Positions 1-12,626 of a DNA stretch of 64,000 nucleotides are shown one piece after another. The notes under the pieces were generated by a model. That model was not told the DNA's origin. It searched no databases and saw nothing but the letters and a program-made list of their open reading frames with translations. The DNA lies in NCBI RefSeq assembly GCF_030384885.1, contig NZ_CP128613.1, one strand, 5' to 3'. Every line of letters starts with the position of its first letter. The first letter of the stretch is position 1. The translations under genes and the position numbers were made by a program. The stretch is from Escherichia coli (GTDB lineage: Bacteria > Pseudomonadota > Gammaproteobacteria > Enterobacterales > Enterobacteriaceae).

Positions 1-491
1 AAATGAGTTAAATGTTTGCGCAAGATTTAAGCGAAAGTGACCGCTGCTTTCTGGTCCTAATACCGTAACGAAAGGGTTTGCGGCAGTTTCCAGACAACCT
101 AATCCGGCTGCAATAATAAATAGGCCAATTAAAAATAAGGTGTAGTTCATTATTTCTGCGGCGGGCCAGAATAATGCAGCGCCGAAGGCATATAAAAACA
201 ATCCGGTAATAATCCCTGCTTTATAACTGAGTTTTTTCATCAATATCCCGGCAGGGATTGGGATAATGAAATAACCAAAGTAAAAGGCCGATTGGATCAG
301 ACCTGCCTGAAAGTTTGTCAGCGTAAAAGCCTGCTGAAATTGAGGCAATAAAATGTCGTTAAGGTTATTGGCTACCGCCCAAAGAAAAAACAGTGAGCAC
401 AGCAGCGCGAATGGAATAATGTAACTTCTGCTTTGCCCTGCATCTTTATCTACCGCACGGTAACTCTGCGTTTGTATTGATGTGTTTCCCA
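1..491 (-). CDS. fucP: L-fucose:H+ symporter, N-terminal part only (gene runs off the window start)
   Basis: Reverse complement of 480-491 reads ATGGGAAACACA (MGNT...); open minus-strand frame to position 1; divergent from fucAO as in the fuc regulon. Confidence 0.8.
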
Positions 492-1038
492 TAGCATCCT
501 CTTAGGTTCAGAAGCTTAAGCACGTAATCGGTTATGTTTTCAAAAGTGCAAAACCAGCGAGTTCGGGCTTCATATCAGTGAATATTTGCCTGTCTGAAAT
601 GAACTCATGGATTCATTTTCAAATAAAAAACGCTCTGTAATATGACGGCGGTCACACTTATTAGCTGGAAGGTGACTTTATGTGACTACCATCACTTTAA
701 TAATCGAAATTTCATGCCCGTTTCAGAAAATAAATCATAAAAAACACAAACCCGATGACCGTATTAATTGTTTGTGCCGAAAACGGGCATTTCTGGCGAG
801 GGGGAATGGAAAAATGACCGTTTTGATAAATATTTTTAAGAGCGGTCATTTTTAACGGGGTTATAAAAAGAGAACTTGCAGTTATTTACTGTGATTAGTT
901 GAGCCAGGTCACAAAATATAAGCTTGTGAATTTCTTTCCGGTTAATCAGGAAGAAGATGGTGGGTAATTAAACGGCTAATTCAATAGTGTGAAAGGAACA
1001 ACATTATTGTCCTGTTTTGAATCAGAGAGAGGTAGCTA
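492..1038. promoter_or_regulatory. Divergent fucP / fucAO intergenic control region
   Basis: About 550 bp AT-rich non-coding DNA between divergently oriented fucP and fucA starts; no individual sites mapped. Confidence 0.5.
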
Positions 1039-1686
1039 ATGGAACGAAATAAACTTGCTCGTCAGATTATTGACACTTGCCTGGAAATGACCCGCCTGGG
1101 ACTGAATCAGGGAACAGCGGGTAACGTCAGTGTACGTTATCAGGATGGGATGCTGATTACGCCTACGGGCATTCCGTATGAAAAACTGACGGAGTCGCAT
1201 ATTGTCTTTATTGATGGCAACGGTAAACATGAGGAAGGAAAGCTTCCCTCAAGCGAATGGCGTTTCCATATGGCGGCCTATCAAAGCAGACCGGATGCCA
1301 ACGCGGTTGTTCACAATCATGCCGTTCATTGCACGGCAGTTTCCATTCTTAACCGACCGATCCCTGCTATTCACTACATGATTGCGGCGGCTGGCGGTAA
1401 TTCTATTCCTTGCGCGCCTTATGCGACCTTTGGAACTCGCGAACTTTCTGAACATGTTGCGCTGGCTCTCAAAAACCGTAAGGCAACTTTGTTACAACAT
1501 CATGGGCTTATCGCTTGTGAGGTGAATCTGGAGAAAGCGTTATGGCTGGCGCATGAGGTTGAAGTGCTGTCGCAGCTTTACCTGACGACCCTGGCGATTA
1601 CGGACCCGGTGCCAGTGCTGAGCGATGAAGAGATTGCCGTAGTGCTGGAGAAATTCAAAACCTACGGGTTACGGATTGAAGAGTAA
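1039..1686 (+). CDS. fucA: L-fuculose-phosphate aldolase (class II aldolase)
   Basis: 215-aa ORF MERNKLARQIIDTCLEMTRLGL... recognised as FucA; followed 25 nt later by fucO. Confidence 0.92.
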   Translation: MERNKLARQIIDTCLEMTRLGLNQGTAGNVSVRYQDGMLITPTGIPYEKLTESHIVFIDGNGKHEEGKLPSSEWRFHMAAYQSRPDANAVVHNHAVHCTAVSILNRPIPAIHYMIAAAGGNSIPCAPYATFGTRELSEHVALALKNRKATLLQHHGLIACEVNLEKALWLAHEVEVLSQLYLTTLAITDPVPVLSDEEIAVVLEKFKTYGLRIEE

Positions 1687-1710
1687 TTTCGTAAAGCAAA
1701 AAGGAGCAGG

Positions 1711-2862
1711 ATGATGGCTAACAGAATGATACTGAACGAAACGGCATGGTTTGGTCGGGGAGCTGTTGGGGCCTTAACTGAGGAGGTGAAACGCCGTGGT
1801 TATCAGAAGGCACTGATCGTCACCGATAAAACGCTGGTGCAATGCGGCGTGGTGGCGAAAGTGACCGATAAGATGGATGCTGCAGGGCTGGCATGGGCGA
1901 TTTACGACGGCGTAGTGCCCAACCCGACAATTACTGTCGTCAAAGAAGGGCTTGGTGTATTCCAGAGTAGCGGTGCGGATTACCTGATCGCTATTGGTGG
2001 TGGTTCTCCACAGGACACGTGTAAAGCGATTGGCATTATCAACAACAACCCGGAATTCGCCGATGTGCGCAGTCTGGAAGGGCTTTCCCCGACCAATAAA
2101 CCCAGTGTACCGATTCTGGCAATCCCCACCACAGCAGGCACTGCGGCAGAAGTGACCATTAACTATGTGATCACTGACGAAGAAAAACGACGCAAGTTCG
2201 TTTGTGTTGATCCGCATGATATCCCGCAGGTGGCATTTATTGACGCTGACATGATGGATGGTATGCCGCCTGCGCTGAAAGCCGCGACGGGTGTCGATGC
2301 GCTCACTCATGCTATTGAGGGGTATATTACTCGTGGTGCGTGGGCGCTAACCGATGCGCTGCACATTAAAGCGATTGAAATTATTGCTGGGGCGCTACGA
2401 GGATCGGTTGCTGGTGATAAGGATGCCGGAGAAGAAATGGCGCTCGGGCAGTATGTTGCGGGTATGGGATTCTCGAATGTTGGGTTAGGGTTGGTGCATG
2501 GTATGGCGCATCCACTGGGCGCGTTTTACAACACGCCACACGGTGTTGCGAACGCCATCTTGTTACCGCATGTCATGCGTTATAACGCCGAATTTACTGG
2601 CGAGAAGTACCGCGATATTGCGCGTGTAATGGGCGTAAAAGTGGAAGGTTTGAGCCTGGAAGACGCGCGTAATGCCGCTGTTGAAGCGGTATTTGCTCTC
2701 AACCGTGATGTCGGTATTCCGCCACATTTGCGTGATGTTGGTGTACGCAAGGAAGACATTCCGGCACTGGCGCAGGCGGCTCTGGACGATGTTTGTACCG
2801 GTGGCAACCCGCGTGAAGCAACGCTTGAGGATATTGTAGCGCTTTACCATACCGCCTGGTAA
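1711..2862 (+). CDS. fucO: Lactaldehyde reductase / L-1,2-propanediol oxidoreductase (iron-containing alcohol dehydrogenase)
   Basis: 383-aa ORF (M)MANRMILNETAWFGRGAVGAL...; true start may be the second ATG at 1714; AGGAG upstream. Confidence 0.92.
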   Translation: MMANRMILNETAWFGRGAVGALTEEVKRRGYQKALIVTDKTLVQCGVVAKVTDKMDAAGLAWAIYDGVVPNPTITVVKEGLGVFQSSGADYLIAIGGGSPQDTCKAIGIINNNPEFADVRSLEGLSPTNKPSVPILAIPTTAGTAAEVTINYVITDEEKRRKFVCVDPHDIPQVAFIDADMMDGMPPALKAATGVDALTHAIEGYITRGAWALTDALHIKAIEIIAGALRGSVAGDKDAGEEMALGQYVAGMGFSNVGLGLVHGMAHPLGAFYNTPHGVANAILLPHVMRYNAEFTGEKYRDIARVMGVKVEGLSLEDARNAAVEAVFALNRDVGIPPHLRDVGVRKEDIPALAQAALDDVCTGGNPREATLEDIVALYHTAW

Positions 2863-2876
2863 TTGCGCTGATGTGA

Positions 2877-2911
2877 CGATGCCGGATGCGACGTTTGCGC
2901 CGTATCCGGCA
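2877..2911. repeat. REP-like palindromic unit
   Basis: gccggatgcgacg...cgtatccggc imperfect palindrome between convergent fucO and xni. Confidence 0.5.
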
Positions 2912-2916
2912 CGCCG

Positions 2917-3783
<867 letters not shown>

Positions 3784-5151
3784 TTAATCGCAGGCAACAA
3801 TCTTCATCGCCAGGCCACCACGAGAGGTTTCGCGGTACTTGGCATTCATATCTTTACCTGTTTCGTACATGGTTTCGATAACTTTATCGAGGCAGACACG
3901 TGGTTCGCTGGTACGGCGTAGCGCCATACGTGCAGCGTTCACCGCTTTTACTGCCGCAATGGCGTTACGCTCAATGCACGGTACCTGAACTTGTCCAGCA
4001 ACCGGGTCACAAGTCAGACCGAGGTTGTGTTCCATGGCGATTTCCGCCGCGATGCACACCTGCGCCGGGCTTGCGCCTAACAGTTCTGCCAGACCAGCTG
4101 CCGCCATAGAGCACGCCACGCCAACTTCACCCTGGCAACCCACTTCGGCACCAGAAATCGAGGCGTTCATCTTATAAAGAGAACCAATCGCGCTTGCTAC
4201 CAGCAGGTAACGAGCCAGTGAGTTAGCGTTCACTTCGCGGATAAACTTGTCGTAGTACGCCAGCACTGCCGGGATAATCCCGCACGCACCGTTAGTCGGC
4301 GCAGTCACCACGCGACCGCCCGCAGCGTTCTCTTCGTTCACTGCCAGCGCAAACATGTTGATCCAGTCAACAACGGCCATCGGATCAGTGGTGGTTTTAT
4401 CCTGGCTAACCAGCATCCGGCGCAGTGCCGCAGCGCGGCGTGGAACGCGCAGTTTGCCTGGCAAAACGCCTTCGGTGGCAATACCGCGCTCAATACCGCC
4501 ACGCATTACTTCCCAGACGTTCGCCAGGTGCTGTTCCAGTTCTTCTTTGCTGTGCAGCGCCAGTTCGTTTTTCATCATCAGACCAGAGAGTGACAGCCCG
4601 GTCTCCTGACAATGTTTTTGAAGATCGGCAGCGGAACTGTACGGATAAGGAACTTCAACCGGTGCGCTAACCTGCTGACCAAAATGTTCTTCATCAACGA
4701 TAAAGCCACCGCCGATAGAGTAGTAAGTCTGATTGTAAACGACTTTATCGCCCGCCAGTGCGGTAATGCGCATACCGTTTTCATGCAGAGAAAGGTTGTC
4801 GGCATGGAAGTTCATGCACTGATCAACCGGGAACTCCACTTCATGCTGACCATTTGCCAGCATCAGGCGACCATGAGTATTCACATCCTGAATAAAACCA
4901 GGGATGGAATCGATATCCACGGTATCCGGCAGGTTACCCGCCAGGCCCATAATAATGGCGATATCAGTGTGGTGGCCTTTACCAGTCAGAGAGAGCGAGC
5001 CGTACACGTCAACCACCACGCGGGTCACGTCTTTAAGCAGGTTACGGGCAATCAGATCGTCGGTAAATTGTTTACCCGCTTTCATTGGTCCAACGGTATG
5101 AGAACTGGAAGGGCCAATGCCGATTTTGAAAATATCGAATACGCTAATCAT
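3784..5151 (-). CDS. sdaB: L-serine dehydratase (Fe-S, single chain)
   Basis: 455-aa ORF MISVFDIFKIGIGPSSSHTVGPMKAGKQF...; immediately downstream of the serine transporter gene. Confidence 0.9.
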   Translation of the reverse strand: MISVFDIFKIGIGPSSSHTVGPMKAGKQFTDDLIARNLLKDVTRVVVDVYGSLSLTGKGHHTDIAIIMGLAGNLPDTVDIDSIPGFIQDVNTHGRLMLANGQHEVEFPVDQCMNFHADNLSLHENGMRITALAGDKVVYNQTYYSIGGGFIVDEEHFGQQVSAPVEVPYPYSSAADLQKHCQETGLSLSGLMMKNELALHSKEELEQHLANVWEVMRGGIERGIATEGVLPGKLRVPRRAAALRRMLVSQDKTTTDPMAVVDWINMFALAVNEENAAGGRVVTAPTNGACGIIPAVLAYYDKFIREVNANSLARYLLVASAIGSLYKMNASISGAEVGCQGEVGVACSMAAAGLAELLGASPAQVCIAAEIAMEHNLGLTCDPVAGQVQVPCIERNAIAAVKAVNAARMALRRTSEPRVCLDKVIETMYETGKDMNAKYRETSRGGLAMKIVACD

Positions 5152-5208
5152 AGGAAATACATCGCGTTAAAACGGAGGAAGCGCCGCCCGAAAGCGGCGC
5201 GAAAGAAC

Positions 5209-6498
5209 TTAGCTGAACAGGGAGTAGAAGATTGCGGAGATTGCAATCAGACCCATCACGACAACGAATACGTTGCTGATGTGACCGCTGTACTTACGCA
5301 TTGCCGGTACTTTCTGGATTGCGTACATCGGCATCAGGAACAGGATCATTGCGATGATTGGGCCGCCCAGGGTTTCAATCATACCCAGGATGCTCGGGTT
5401 CAGGGTGGCAACAATCCAGGTCGTTACCAGCATGAACAGCGCAGTGATACGGTTCAGCTTGTTGATTTCGATAGACTTACCTTTACCACGCAGAGATTTA
5501 ATCACCATACCGTTGAAGCCTTCACGTGCACCCAGGTAGTGGCCGAGGAAGGATTTGGTGATAGCGATAATCGCGATAATCGGAGCCATCCACGCGATAA
5601 CCGGTGCGTTAAAGTGGTTAGCCAGGTAAGACAGAATCGAGATGTTCTGCTCTTTAGCCGCAGCCAGGTCTGCCGGAGTCAGGCTCAGTACGCAGCTGAA
5701 TACGAAGAACATTACGGTCAGCACCATCATGATGTGTGCGAATGCCAGGATCTTCGAGCATTTCTGTTCTGCCATATCGCCGTACTCTTCACGCTTCGCA
5801 ACGGCGAAAGAAGAGATGATCGGAGAGTGGTTGAACGAGAACACCATGACCGGAATCGCCAGCCACAGGGTCATCCACAGACCGTTGCCGGTTGCCGATG
5901 CAGTGTCCAGAGACAGCGTTTCCAGTGCTGCGCCGTTCCACTGCGGGATCAGGTACAGAGCCAGCAGCATCAGTACACCAACAAACGGGAATACCAGAAT
6001 ACTCATCGCCTTCACGATCATCTGCTCACCGAAGCGAACAATGGTCATCATACCCACAATCAGGATCAGAGACAGAATCGCACGCGGCGGCGGCGTCATA
6101 CCCAGCTGGTGAGACATGAAGCTTTCAACCGTGTTGGTGATTGCCACACTGTAAACCAGCAGGATCGGGTAGATAGCAAAGAAGTAGAGCAGGGTAATCA
6201 GTTTACCTGCACCAATACCAAAGTGTTCTTCTACAACCTCGGTGATGTCTTCGCCTGGGTTTTTACCAGACAGTACGAAGCGAGTCAGGCCGCGGTGAGC
6301 AAAAAACGTCATCGGGAACGCAAGGATAGCCATGATGATCAGCGGGATCATACCGCCAACACCGGCGTTGATTGGCAGGAACAGCACGCCCGCGCCGATT
6401 GCCGTGCCGTAAAGGCCCAGCATCCACATGGTGTCTGTCTTGCGCCATGCACTACGTGAGTCTTTCGACACAATCGTGCTGGTTTGAGTCGTTTCCAT
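5209..6498 (-). CDS. sdaC: Serine:H+ symporter (HAAAP family)
   Basis: ORF (M)[31 protein letters not shown]...; polytopic membrane protein; start probably the second Met. Confidence 0.9.
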   Translation of the reverse strand: METTQTSTIVSKDSRSAWRKTDTMWMLGLYGTAIGAGVLFLPINAGVGGMIPLIIMAILAFPMTFFAHRGLTRFVLSGKNPGEDITEVVEEHFGIGAGKLITLLYFFAIYPILLVYSVAITNTVESFMSHQLGMTPPPRAILSLILIVGMMTIVRFGEQMIVKAMSILVFPFVGVLMLLALYLIPQWNGAALETLSLDTASATGNGLWMTLWLAIPVMVFSFNHSPIISSFAVAKREEYGDMAEQKCSKILAFAHIMMVLTVMFFVFSCVLSLTPADLAAAKEQNISILSYLANHFNAPVIAWMAPIIAIIAITKSFLGHYLGAREGFNGMVIKSLRGKGKSIEINKLNRITALFMLVTTWIVATLNPSILGMIETLGGPIIAMILFLMPMYAIQKVPAMRKYSGHISNVFVVVMGLIAISAIFYSLFS

Positions 6499-7054
6499 CA
6501 ATTTCTCCTGGAGGAATGCAAATAATTCAGCTTTTAGCCAGTTCAGCCCGGGAAGGTGCCTGACCGTAAAAATGAAATCTGTCTATCGGCGATGGCTTAA
6601 TCATTTTCCGCCGTAATAATTTGAGGGCGGAAAGATACACACAAGTTATGTATCTATCAGTGATCTTGATCTCAAATACAATAATCTACTTGGAAGATAG
6701 ATAATCTCAACGCTTTACTCTGTAAATCAAAAGTAAAAGAGAATTTAAGGGCAATATTTGCCCATTAAACGACATCTGACCTCTTCCGGGGCGCGCAATA
6801 TATGTAGGTTGAGCTGAAAAAATCAATACTTTTAGTGAATAATGGGGATAATTTATTTTTCATAGCGATAAAATGTGGTTTGTGAAAATAGGGAAACGTT
6901 TGCGTTGCAATATAAATTGTATGACATATTAACTGTGATGATATTTATCGCGTGAGGACGGTAAGAAACATTTATATAACAAATGAAATGAATTGATGAG
7001 TAAGTAACCAAAAACGAGAAAACCCGGCAACAAATGTCACCGGGGAAGGGGAGA

Positions 7055-8419
7055 TTACGTGCAGATTTCGTAGCAAGGGATGTACGCTGAGCCTGGCAAC
7101 TTCATACGATGCTGGGCAACAAAACCCTGTAGCAGGTCGTCCATACGACGCATAATCTCTTTATCGCCGTTGATTTTATAAGGACCAAACTCTTCAATGG
7201 CGCGAATACCGACTTCTTTTACGTTACCCGCCACAATACCGGAGAACGCACGACGTAGATCAGCGGCCAAAACTTCTACTGGCTGATCCGGGTACAGTTT
7301 CAGATTAGCCATGTTCTCGTGAGACGGCTCAAACGGCATTTGCAGATCGGGCGCAATGCGCATTGACCAGTTAAAGCTGTAGGCATCGCCCGTATCGCGA
7401 CGGTTTTCTTTCACCAGCGGCATCGATTTTTTCATCTGACGAGCGACTTCAGCGGCGTCATCAATGATGATGCGATAATGGCGTCGCGCGTTTTCTCCCA
7501 GCGTATGCACGACAAACTCGTCCAGTACGCGGAAGTAGTCTGCGCTCTCTTTCGGGCCGGTGAGGATCAATGGTAAAACCTGATCTTTGTTGGCCGGGTT
7601 CATTAAAATTCCCAGCAAATACAGCAACTCTTCTGCCGTACCCACACCGCCAGGGAAGATAATGATACCGTGAGCGATACGGACAAACGCTTCCAGACGT
7701 TTTTCGATATCTGGCATGATGATCAATTCGTTGACCAGCGGGTTAGGCGGTTCAGCGGCGATAATCGACGGCTCTGTCATACCAATAAAACGACTGTCTT
7801 TGTAACGCTGCTGTGCGTGTCCGACCGCAGCACCTTTCATCGGCGCTTCCATCGCTCCCGGACCACAGCCGGTGCAGATATTCAGCTCACGCAGGCCCAG
7901 CTGATTCCCGACGCGACGGGCATACAAATACTCGTTTTCGTTAATTGAGTGCCCGCCCCAGCAGACCACCATATTTGGCGCTTCACCGACATGCAGTGCG
8001 CGAGCGTTACGCAAGATGGAAAAGACCAGGTTAGTGATGTGGACGGAGTTGTCGAGATTCAGGTTGGGAAAACGAACGGTGTTATGGATTTGCCCGTAAA
8101 CGAAGAGAATGTCACGCAGAACCGCGAACAAGTTGGCCTGCAAAGCGCGGATAATACGCCCATCGACAAAAGCTTCTTCCGGGGGATTAATCAGTTCCAG
8201 CTTTACGCCGCGTTCACGGCGCAGGACGTTAATATCGAAATTTTCAAAACGAGACAGCAATTCTTTGCTGTTATCAGTCAAACTACCGGAGTTCAGTACG
8301 GCAAGTGAACAGTTGCGAAACAGTTGATAGAGGTCGCTGCTGGCGGTGCGTTTAAGCATATCCACTTCCAGCTGCGACAGCATATCCATGGAGCCAAGCG
8401 GGCTAATATGTGTAATCAA
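7055..8419 (-). CDS. ppnN: Nucleotide 5'-monophosphate nucleosidase PpnN (LOG family)
   Basis: 454-aa ORF with the PGGxGTxEE LOG-family motif ([11 protein letters not shown]); position between sdaC and queF. Confidence 0.85.
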
Positions 8420-8530
8420 GAAAAACTCCTTATGGGACGAATATCGTCATTCCCTTTGATTACAATAGCCCTGCCTGATGACCTTTCACAACCTTCTGCG
8501 TGAATCCAGCACGCAAAATTGAGAAAAAAT

Positions 8531-9379
8531 TTATTGCCGAACCAGTCTTGTGGTCGATGGGACAAAATCGCTGTTACTGCGCCACGGGTTAATGTCCAGA
8601 CCGCCACGACGGGTATAACGTGCGTAAACGCTCAATTTCTCTGGCTGGCAGAAGCGTAACAGGTCATTAAAGATGCGTTCCACGCACTGTTCATGGAACT
8701 CGTTGTGATGACGGAAAGAGACCAGGTAACGCAGCAGTTTTTCCCTGTCAATTTGGCGTCCGCGATACTGAATTTGGATCGAACCCCAATCTGGTTGATG
8801 GGTGATCAGGCAGTTTGATTTCAGCAGGTGGCTGACAAGCGTCTCTTCTACTACTTTTTCGCCACTGGTGGCATTCTCCAGATAGTCAGTAGTGAATTCA
8901 TAGTTATCGATAGTGATATCCTGGTTATCAATGCAAGTGCCATTGAAATGACCTATCGGTTGGCCTTCCAGTTCATCAAGACGATATAACGCCACGCTAA
9001 CATTACCCTGGGCGCAAGTGCTTAAGTCGCGCTCCAGCGTCTGACGCACCTCATCCCAGTTATTAAAACGCGTCTGGTTAAAACTGTTGAGATAGAGCTT
9101 AAAACTCTTCGACTCAATCAGATTTGCGCTGGTGTAATCAAGTTCAACATGACCGACGGCGACCTGCGGCAAACCTTTCGCATTCAGCCAGGAAAGTTCA
9201 TATAGCGTCCAGATATCCGTACCATGAAAAGGCAGGTTATCCGCTTTCAGACCCAGCGGATCGCGATTCAGACTACGCGGAACGCCTTGTAGCAGGCTGG
9301 CGTCATAGGTATCCCGGTAATCGGTTGATTTTCCAAGAGTCAGGCCCGCAAGTGCCTGATGGTTTGCATAAGAAGACAT
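8531..9379 (-). CDS. queF: NADPH-dependent 7-cyano-7-deazaguanine reductase
   Basis: 282-aa [38 protein letters not shown]... (two-domain QueF type). Confidence 0.9.
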   Translation of the reverse strand: MSSYANHQALAGLTLGKSTDYRDTYDASLLQGVPRSLNRDPLGLKADNLPFHGTDIWTLYELSWLNAKGLPQVAVGHVELDYTSANLIESKSFKLYLNSFNQTRFNNWDEVRQTLERDLSTCAQGNVSVALYRLDELEGQPIGHFNGTCIDNQDITIDNYEFTTDYLENATSGEKVVEETLVSHLLKSNCLITHQPDWGSIQIQYRGRQIDREKLLRYLVSFRHHNEFHEQCVERIFNDLLRFCQPEKLSVYARYTRRGGLDINPWRSNSDFVPSTTRLVRQ

Positions 9380-9446
9380 GTTTCACCGTCATAAACCAGA
9401 TAAACTAAACGACAAGTGTATCTGGTTTAAGTGAAGAGAGAAATTA

Positions 9447-9992
9447 GTGGACGATTTGACCGCACAAGCCTTGAAAGATTTTACTGCACGCTACTGCGAT
9501 GCGTGGCATGAAGAGCATAAAAGCTGGCCGTTAAGTGAGGAACTGTACGGCGTTCCTTCACCGTGCATTATTTCAACCACCGAAGACGCTGTATACTGGC
9601 AACCCCAGCCGTTTACCGGTGAACAAAATGTAAACGCGGTTGAACGTGCTTTTGATATTGTGATACAACCCACGGTTCATACTTTTTACACGACCCAGTT
9701 TGCCGGGGATATGCACGCGCAGTTTGGCGATATCAAACTGACATTGCTGCAAACCTGGAGTGAAGACGACTTCCGTCGGGTGCAGGAAAATCTGATTGGT
9801 CATCTGGTGACTCAGAAAAGGCTAAAACTGCCGCCCACGCTATTTATCGCGACGCTGGAAGAAGAGTTAGAGGTCATCTCGGTGTGTAATCTCTCCGGTG
9901 AAGTGTGCAAAGAGACGCTGGGAACACGCAAACGGACGCATTTAGCCTCAAATCTTGCGGAATTCCTTAATCAACTTAAGCCTCTTCTGTAA
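9447..9992 (+). CDS. syd: SecY-interacting protein Syd
   Basis: 181-aa [38 protein letters not shown]...; GTG start at 9447. Confidence 0.88.
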   Translation: MDDLTAQALKDFTARYCDAWHEEHKSWPLSEELYGVPSPCIISTTEDAVYWQPQPFTGEQNVNAVERAFDIVIQPTVHTFYTTQFAGDMHAQFGDIKLTLLQTWSEDDFRRVQENLIGHLVTQKRLKLPPTLFIATLEEELEVISVCNLSGEVCKETLGTRKRTHLASNLAEFLNQLKPLL

Positions 9993-10202
9993 TCCAAATA
10001 CCCCATCTTGTTGTGAGAGATCTCTTACAGACTCTGTAGGAGATCGCCAGGAAATAAGCGAATACTTAAAAAGATAAGAATCGTTATTTTCATTTAAAAT
10101 CAATATATTGCTTGTTAATTCTTAACTTTCATATGAAATTTTCCTTAAGGCATTGTCTGTAAGCGCCTTGTAAGACTTCGCGAAAAAGACGATTCTATCT
10201 TC

Positions 10203-10568
10203 GTCGACAGGGAGTCAGACAACGAAGTGAACATCAGGATGATGACACTTCTGAAGGACACACCAGGAGGGTGTTTCAGGGAAAGGCTTCTGGATGAAGC
10301 GAAGAGGATGACGCAGGACGCGTTAAAGGACACCTCCAGGATGGAGAATGAGAACCGGTCAGGATGATTCGGTGGGTCAGGAAGGCCAGGGACACTTCAG
10401 GATGAAGTATCACATCGGGGTGGTGTGAGCAGGAAGCAATAGTTCAGGATGAACGATTGGCCGCAAGGCCAGAGGAAAAGTTGTCAAGGATGAGCAGGGA
10501 GCAACAAAAGTAGCTGGAATGCTGCGAAACGAACCGGGAGCACTGTGAATACAGTGCTCCCTTTTTTT
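10203..10568 (+). ncRNA. csrB: CsrB small RNA (CsrA-sequestering)
   Basis: About 18 copies of CAGGA(U/A)G-type GGA motifs in roughly 360 nt, beginning GTCGACAGGGAGTCAGACAACG and ending in hairpin GGGAGCACTGTGAATACAGTGCTCCC plus T7; no credible ORF. Confidence 0.9.
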
Positions 10569-10613
10569 ATTCCTGCTATCCTTCGCGGCAGTTTTTCTTA
10601 TTGAGGTTGCTTT

Positions 10614-10943
10614 ATGACCACTCATGACCGCGTTCGTCTCCAGTTGCAGGCGCTTGAAGCGTTACTGCGTGAACATCAGCACTGGCGAAACGATGAACCC
10701 CAGCCGCATCAATTTAACAGTACCCAACCGTTCTTTATGGACACCATGGAACCACTGGAGTGGTTGCAGTGGGTGCTGATCCCGCGAATGCACGATTTGT
10801 TAGATAATAACCAGCCATTACCGGGCGCTTTTGCTGTTGCACCCTATTATGAAATGGCGCTGGCGACGGACCATCCGCAACGCGCGCTTATTCTGGCTGA
10901 GCTGGAAAAACTGGATGCTCTTTTTGCGGATGATGCGAGCTGA
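10614..10943 (+). CDS. yqcC: DUF446-family protein YqcC
   Basis: 109-aa ORF MTTHDRVRLQLQALEALLREHQHW...; stop overlaps truC start. Confidence 0.8.
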   Translation: MTTHDRVRLQLQALEALLREHQHWRNDEPQPHQFNSTQPFFMDTMEPLEWLQWVLIPRMHDLLDNNQPLPGAFAVAPYYEMALATDHPQRALILAELEKLDALFADDAS

Positions 10944-11725
10944 TGCTGGAAATAATCTACCAGGATGAATGGCTGGTTGCGGTAAATAAACCCTCCGGCT
11001 GGCTGGTTCACCGCAGCTGGCTGGATCGCGACGAGAAAGTGGTGGTTATGCAAACCGTGCGTGACCAGATTGGTCAGCATGTATTTACCGCGCATCGGCT
11101 GGATCGACCGACGTCCGGCGTATTGCTGATGGGACTATCCAGCGAGGCCGGACGGCTGCTGGCACAACAGTTTGAACAGCACCAAATCCAGAAACGTTAC
11201 CATGCGATTGTGCGCGGCTGGCTGATGGAAGAGGCTGTGCTGGATTATCCGCTGGTGGAAGAACTGGACAAAATCGCTGATAAATTCGCCCGCGAAGATA
11301 AAGGTCCACAGCCAGCGGTGACACATTATCGCGGTCTGGCGACCGTAGAAATGCCGGTAGCGACCGGACGTTACCCGACTACGCGCTACGGTCTGGTGGA
11401 ACTGGAGCCGAAAACAGGACGCAAGCATCAGCTCCGTCGCCATCTTGCCCACTTGCGCCATCCGATTATTGGCGACAGCAAACATGGTGATTTACGTCAG
11501 AATCGTAGCGGTGCTGAACATTTTGGCCTTCAGCGGTTAATGCTGCATGCCAGTCAGTTGTCATTGACACATCCATTTACTGGCGAGCCGCTGACTATTC
11601 ACGCGGGCCTGGACGACACCTGGATGCAGGCGTTATCACAATTTGGCTGGCGTGGTCTGCTTCCTGAAAATGAAAGGGTTGAGTTCAGCGCGCCATCGGG
11701 TCAGGATGGAGAGATAAGTTCCTAA
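10943..11725 (+). CDS. truC: tRNA pseudouridine(65) synthase
   Basis: 260-aa ORF with the RluA-family catalytic motif [12 protein letters not shown]. Confidence 0.88.
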   Translation: MLEIIYQDEWLVAVNKPSGWLVHRSWLDRDEKVVVMQTVRDQIGQHVFTAHRLDRPTSGVLLMGLSSEAGRLLAQQFEQHQIQKRYHAIVRGWLMEEAVLDYPLVEELDKIADKFAREDKGPQPAVTHYRGLATVEMPVATGRYPTTRYGLVELEPKTGRKHQLRRHLAHLRHPIIGDSKHGDLRQNRSGAEHFGLQRLMLHASQLSLTHPFTGEPLTIHAGLDDTWMQALSQFGWRGLLPENERVEFSAPSGQDGEISS

Positions 11726-11742
11726 TCCAGGGAGAAAACGGT

Positions 11743-12192
11743 ATGGCGGAAATTGGTATTTTTGTGGGCACCATGTACGGAAATTCACTGTTAGTGGCGG
11801 AAGAAGCGGAAGCAATTCTGACCGCGCAGGGCCACAAAGCAACGGTATTTGAAGATCCTGAATTAAGTGACTGGCTGCCCTATCAGGATAAGTTCGTTCT
11901 GGTGGTTACGTCCACGACCGGGCAGGGCGACCTTCCTGATAGCATTGTGCCACTTTTTCAGGGAATCAAAGATAGCCTGGGCTTCCAGCCTAATCTGCGT
12001 TATGGCGTAATTGCGCTCGGCGACAGTAGCTATGTGAATTTCTGCAACGGCGGCAAACAGTTCGATGCCTTGTTGCAGGAACAGAGTGCGCAGCGGATAG
12101 GGGAAATGCTGCTGATTGACGCCAGTGATAACCCGGAACCGGAAACGGAATCAAATCCGTGGGTCGAACAGTGGGGCACGCTGTTGTCCTGA
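11743..12192 (+). CDS. yqcA: Flavodoxin-like protein
   Basis: 149-aa [29 protein letters not shown]..., flavodoxin fold signature. Confidence 0.85.
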   Translation: MAEIGIFVGTMYGNSLLVAEEAEAILTAQGHKATVFEDPELSDWLPYQDKFVLVVTSTTGQGDLPDSIVPLFQGIKDSLGFQPNLRYGVIALGDSSYVNFCNGGKQFDALLQEQSAQRIGEMLLIDASDNPEPETESNPWVEQWGTLLS

Positions 12193-12245
12193 TACGTTCA
12201 GCGAGCGGTAAATGCCGTTTTAGCGGTGCTGAATCGAATCTTTTC

Positions 12246-12300
12246 AGGCAAATGCCAGTAAAAACTGCTTCATAGCGCGGATTTTTACTGGCGTTTGCCT
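12246..12300. other. Long near-perfect inverted repeat (19-bp arms, 17-nt spacer)
   Basis: aggcaaatgccagtaaaaa ...17 nt... tttttactggcgtttgcct; arms match at 18 of 19 positions; lies between yqcA and gudP. Confidence 0.6.
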
Positions 12301-12626
12301 GGAGTCAAGCGATCCATTTCATACTCTTCTTTATTTCTTCGTTTTAACCCTTCCTTTCTTGTTCTTGTTTTCATTTCCGTGAAGTGGATTCCACCGTCCA
12401 GGGCTAATGCCAAAATCGGGCCTCATTGAACGCATTAATGTTGTGTTGTTGCACGGTGAGCCGCTATGGCGCGCTTTTTATACTGTTATTGCCAGATATA
12501 AACACGCGCCGTATTCGGCGAACGACCTATAAAAACGGCAAAAAACACCCTACGTCACCTCTGATTTCCTGGCGATGTCGCAGTCCAGAGTGAGCGTGGC
12601 TAACGCGAATTTTCAGGAGTGCAACA

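Noticed and set aside
4612-6459. 615-aa plus-strand ORF spanning sdaB and sdaC
   Set aside because: Lies antisense to two well-supported genes; its translation is compositionally odd (rich in H, R, Q, D) with no recognisable domain; typical long antisense frame of a coding region.
6502-7054. 550-bp AT-rich tract upstream of sdaC as a possible mobile element or sRNA locus
   Set aside because: No repeats, ORFs or terminator-bounded unit detected; consistent with a long native leader and promoter region.
10145-10333. 62-aa minus-strand ORF
   Set aside because: Falls entirely inside the CsrB sRNA, whose repeated GGA motifs and terminator explain the region.
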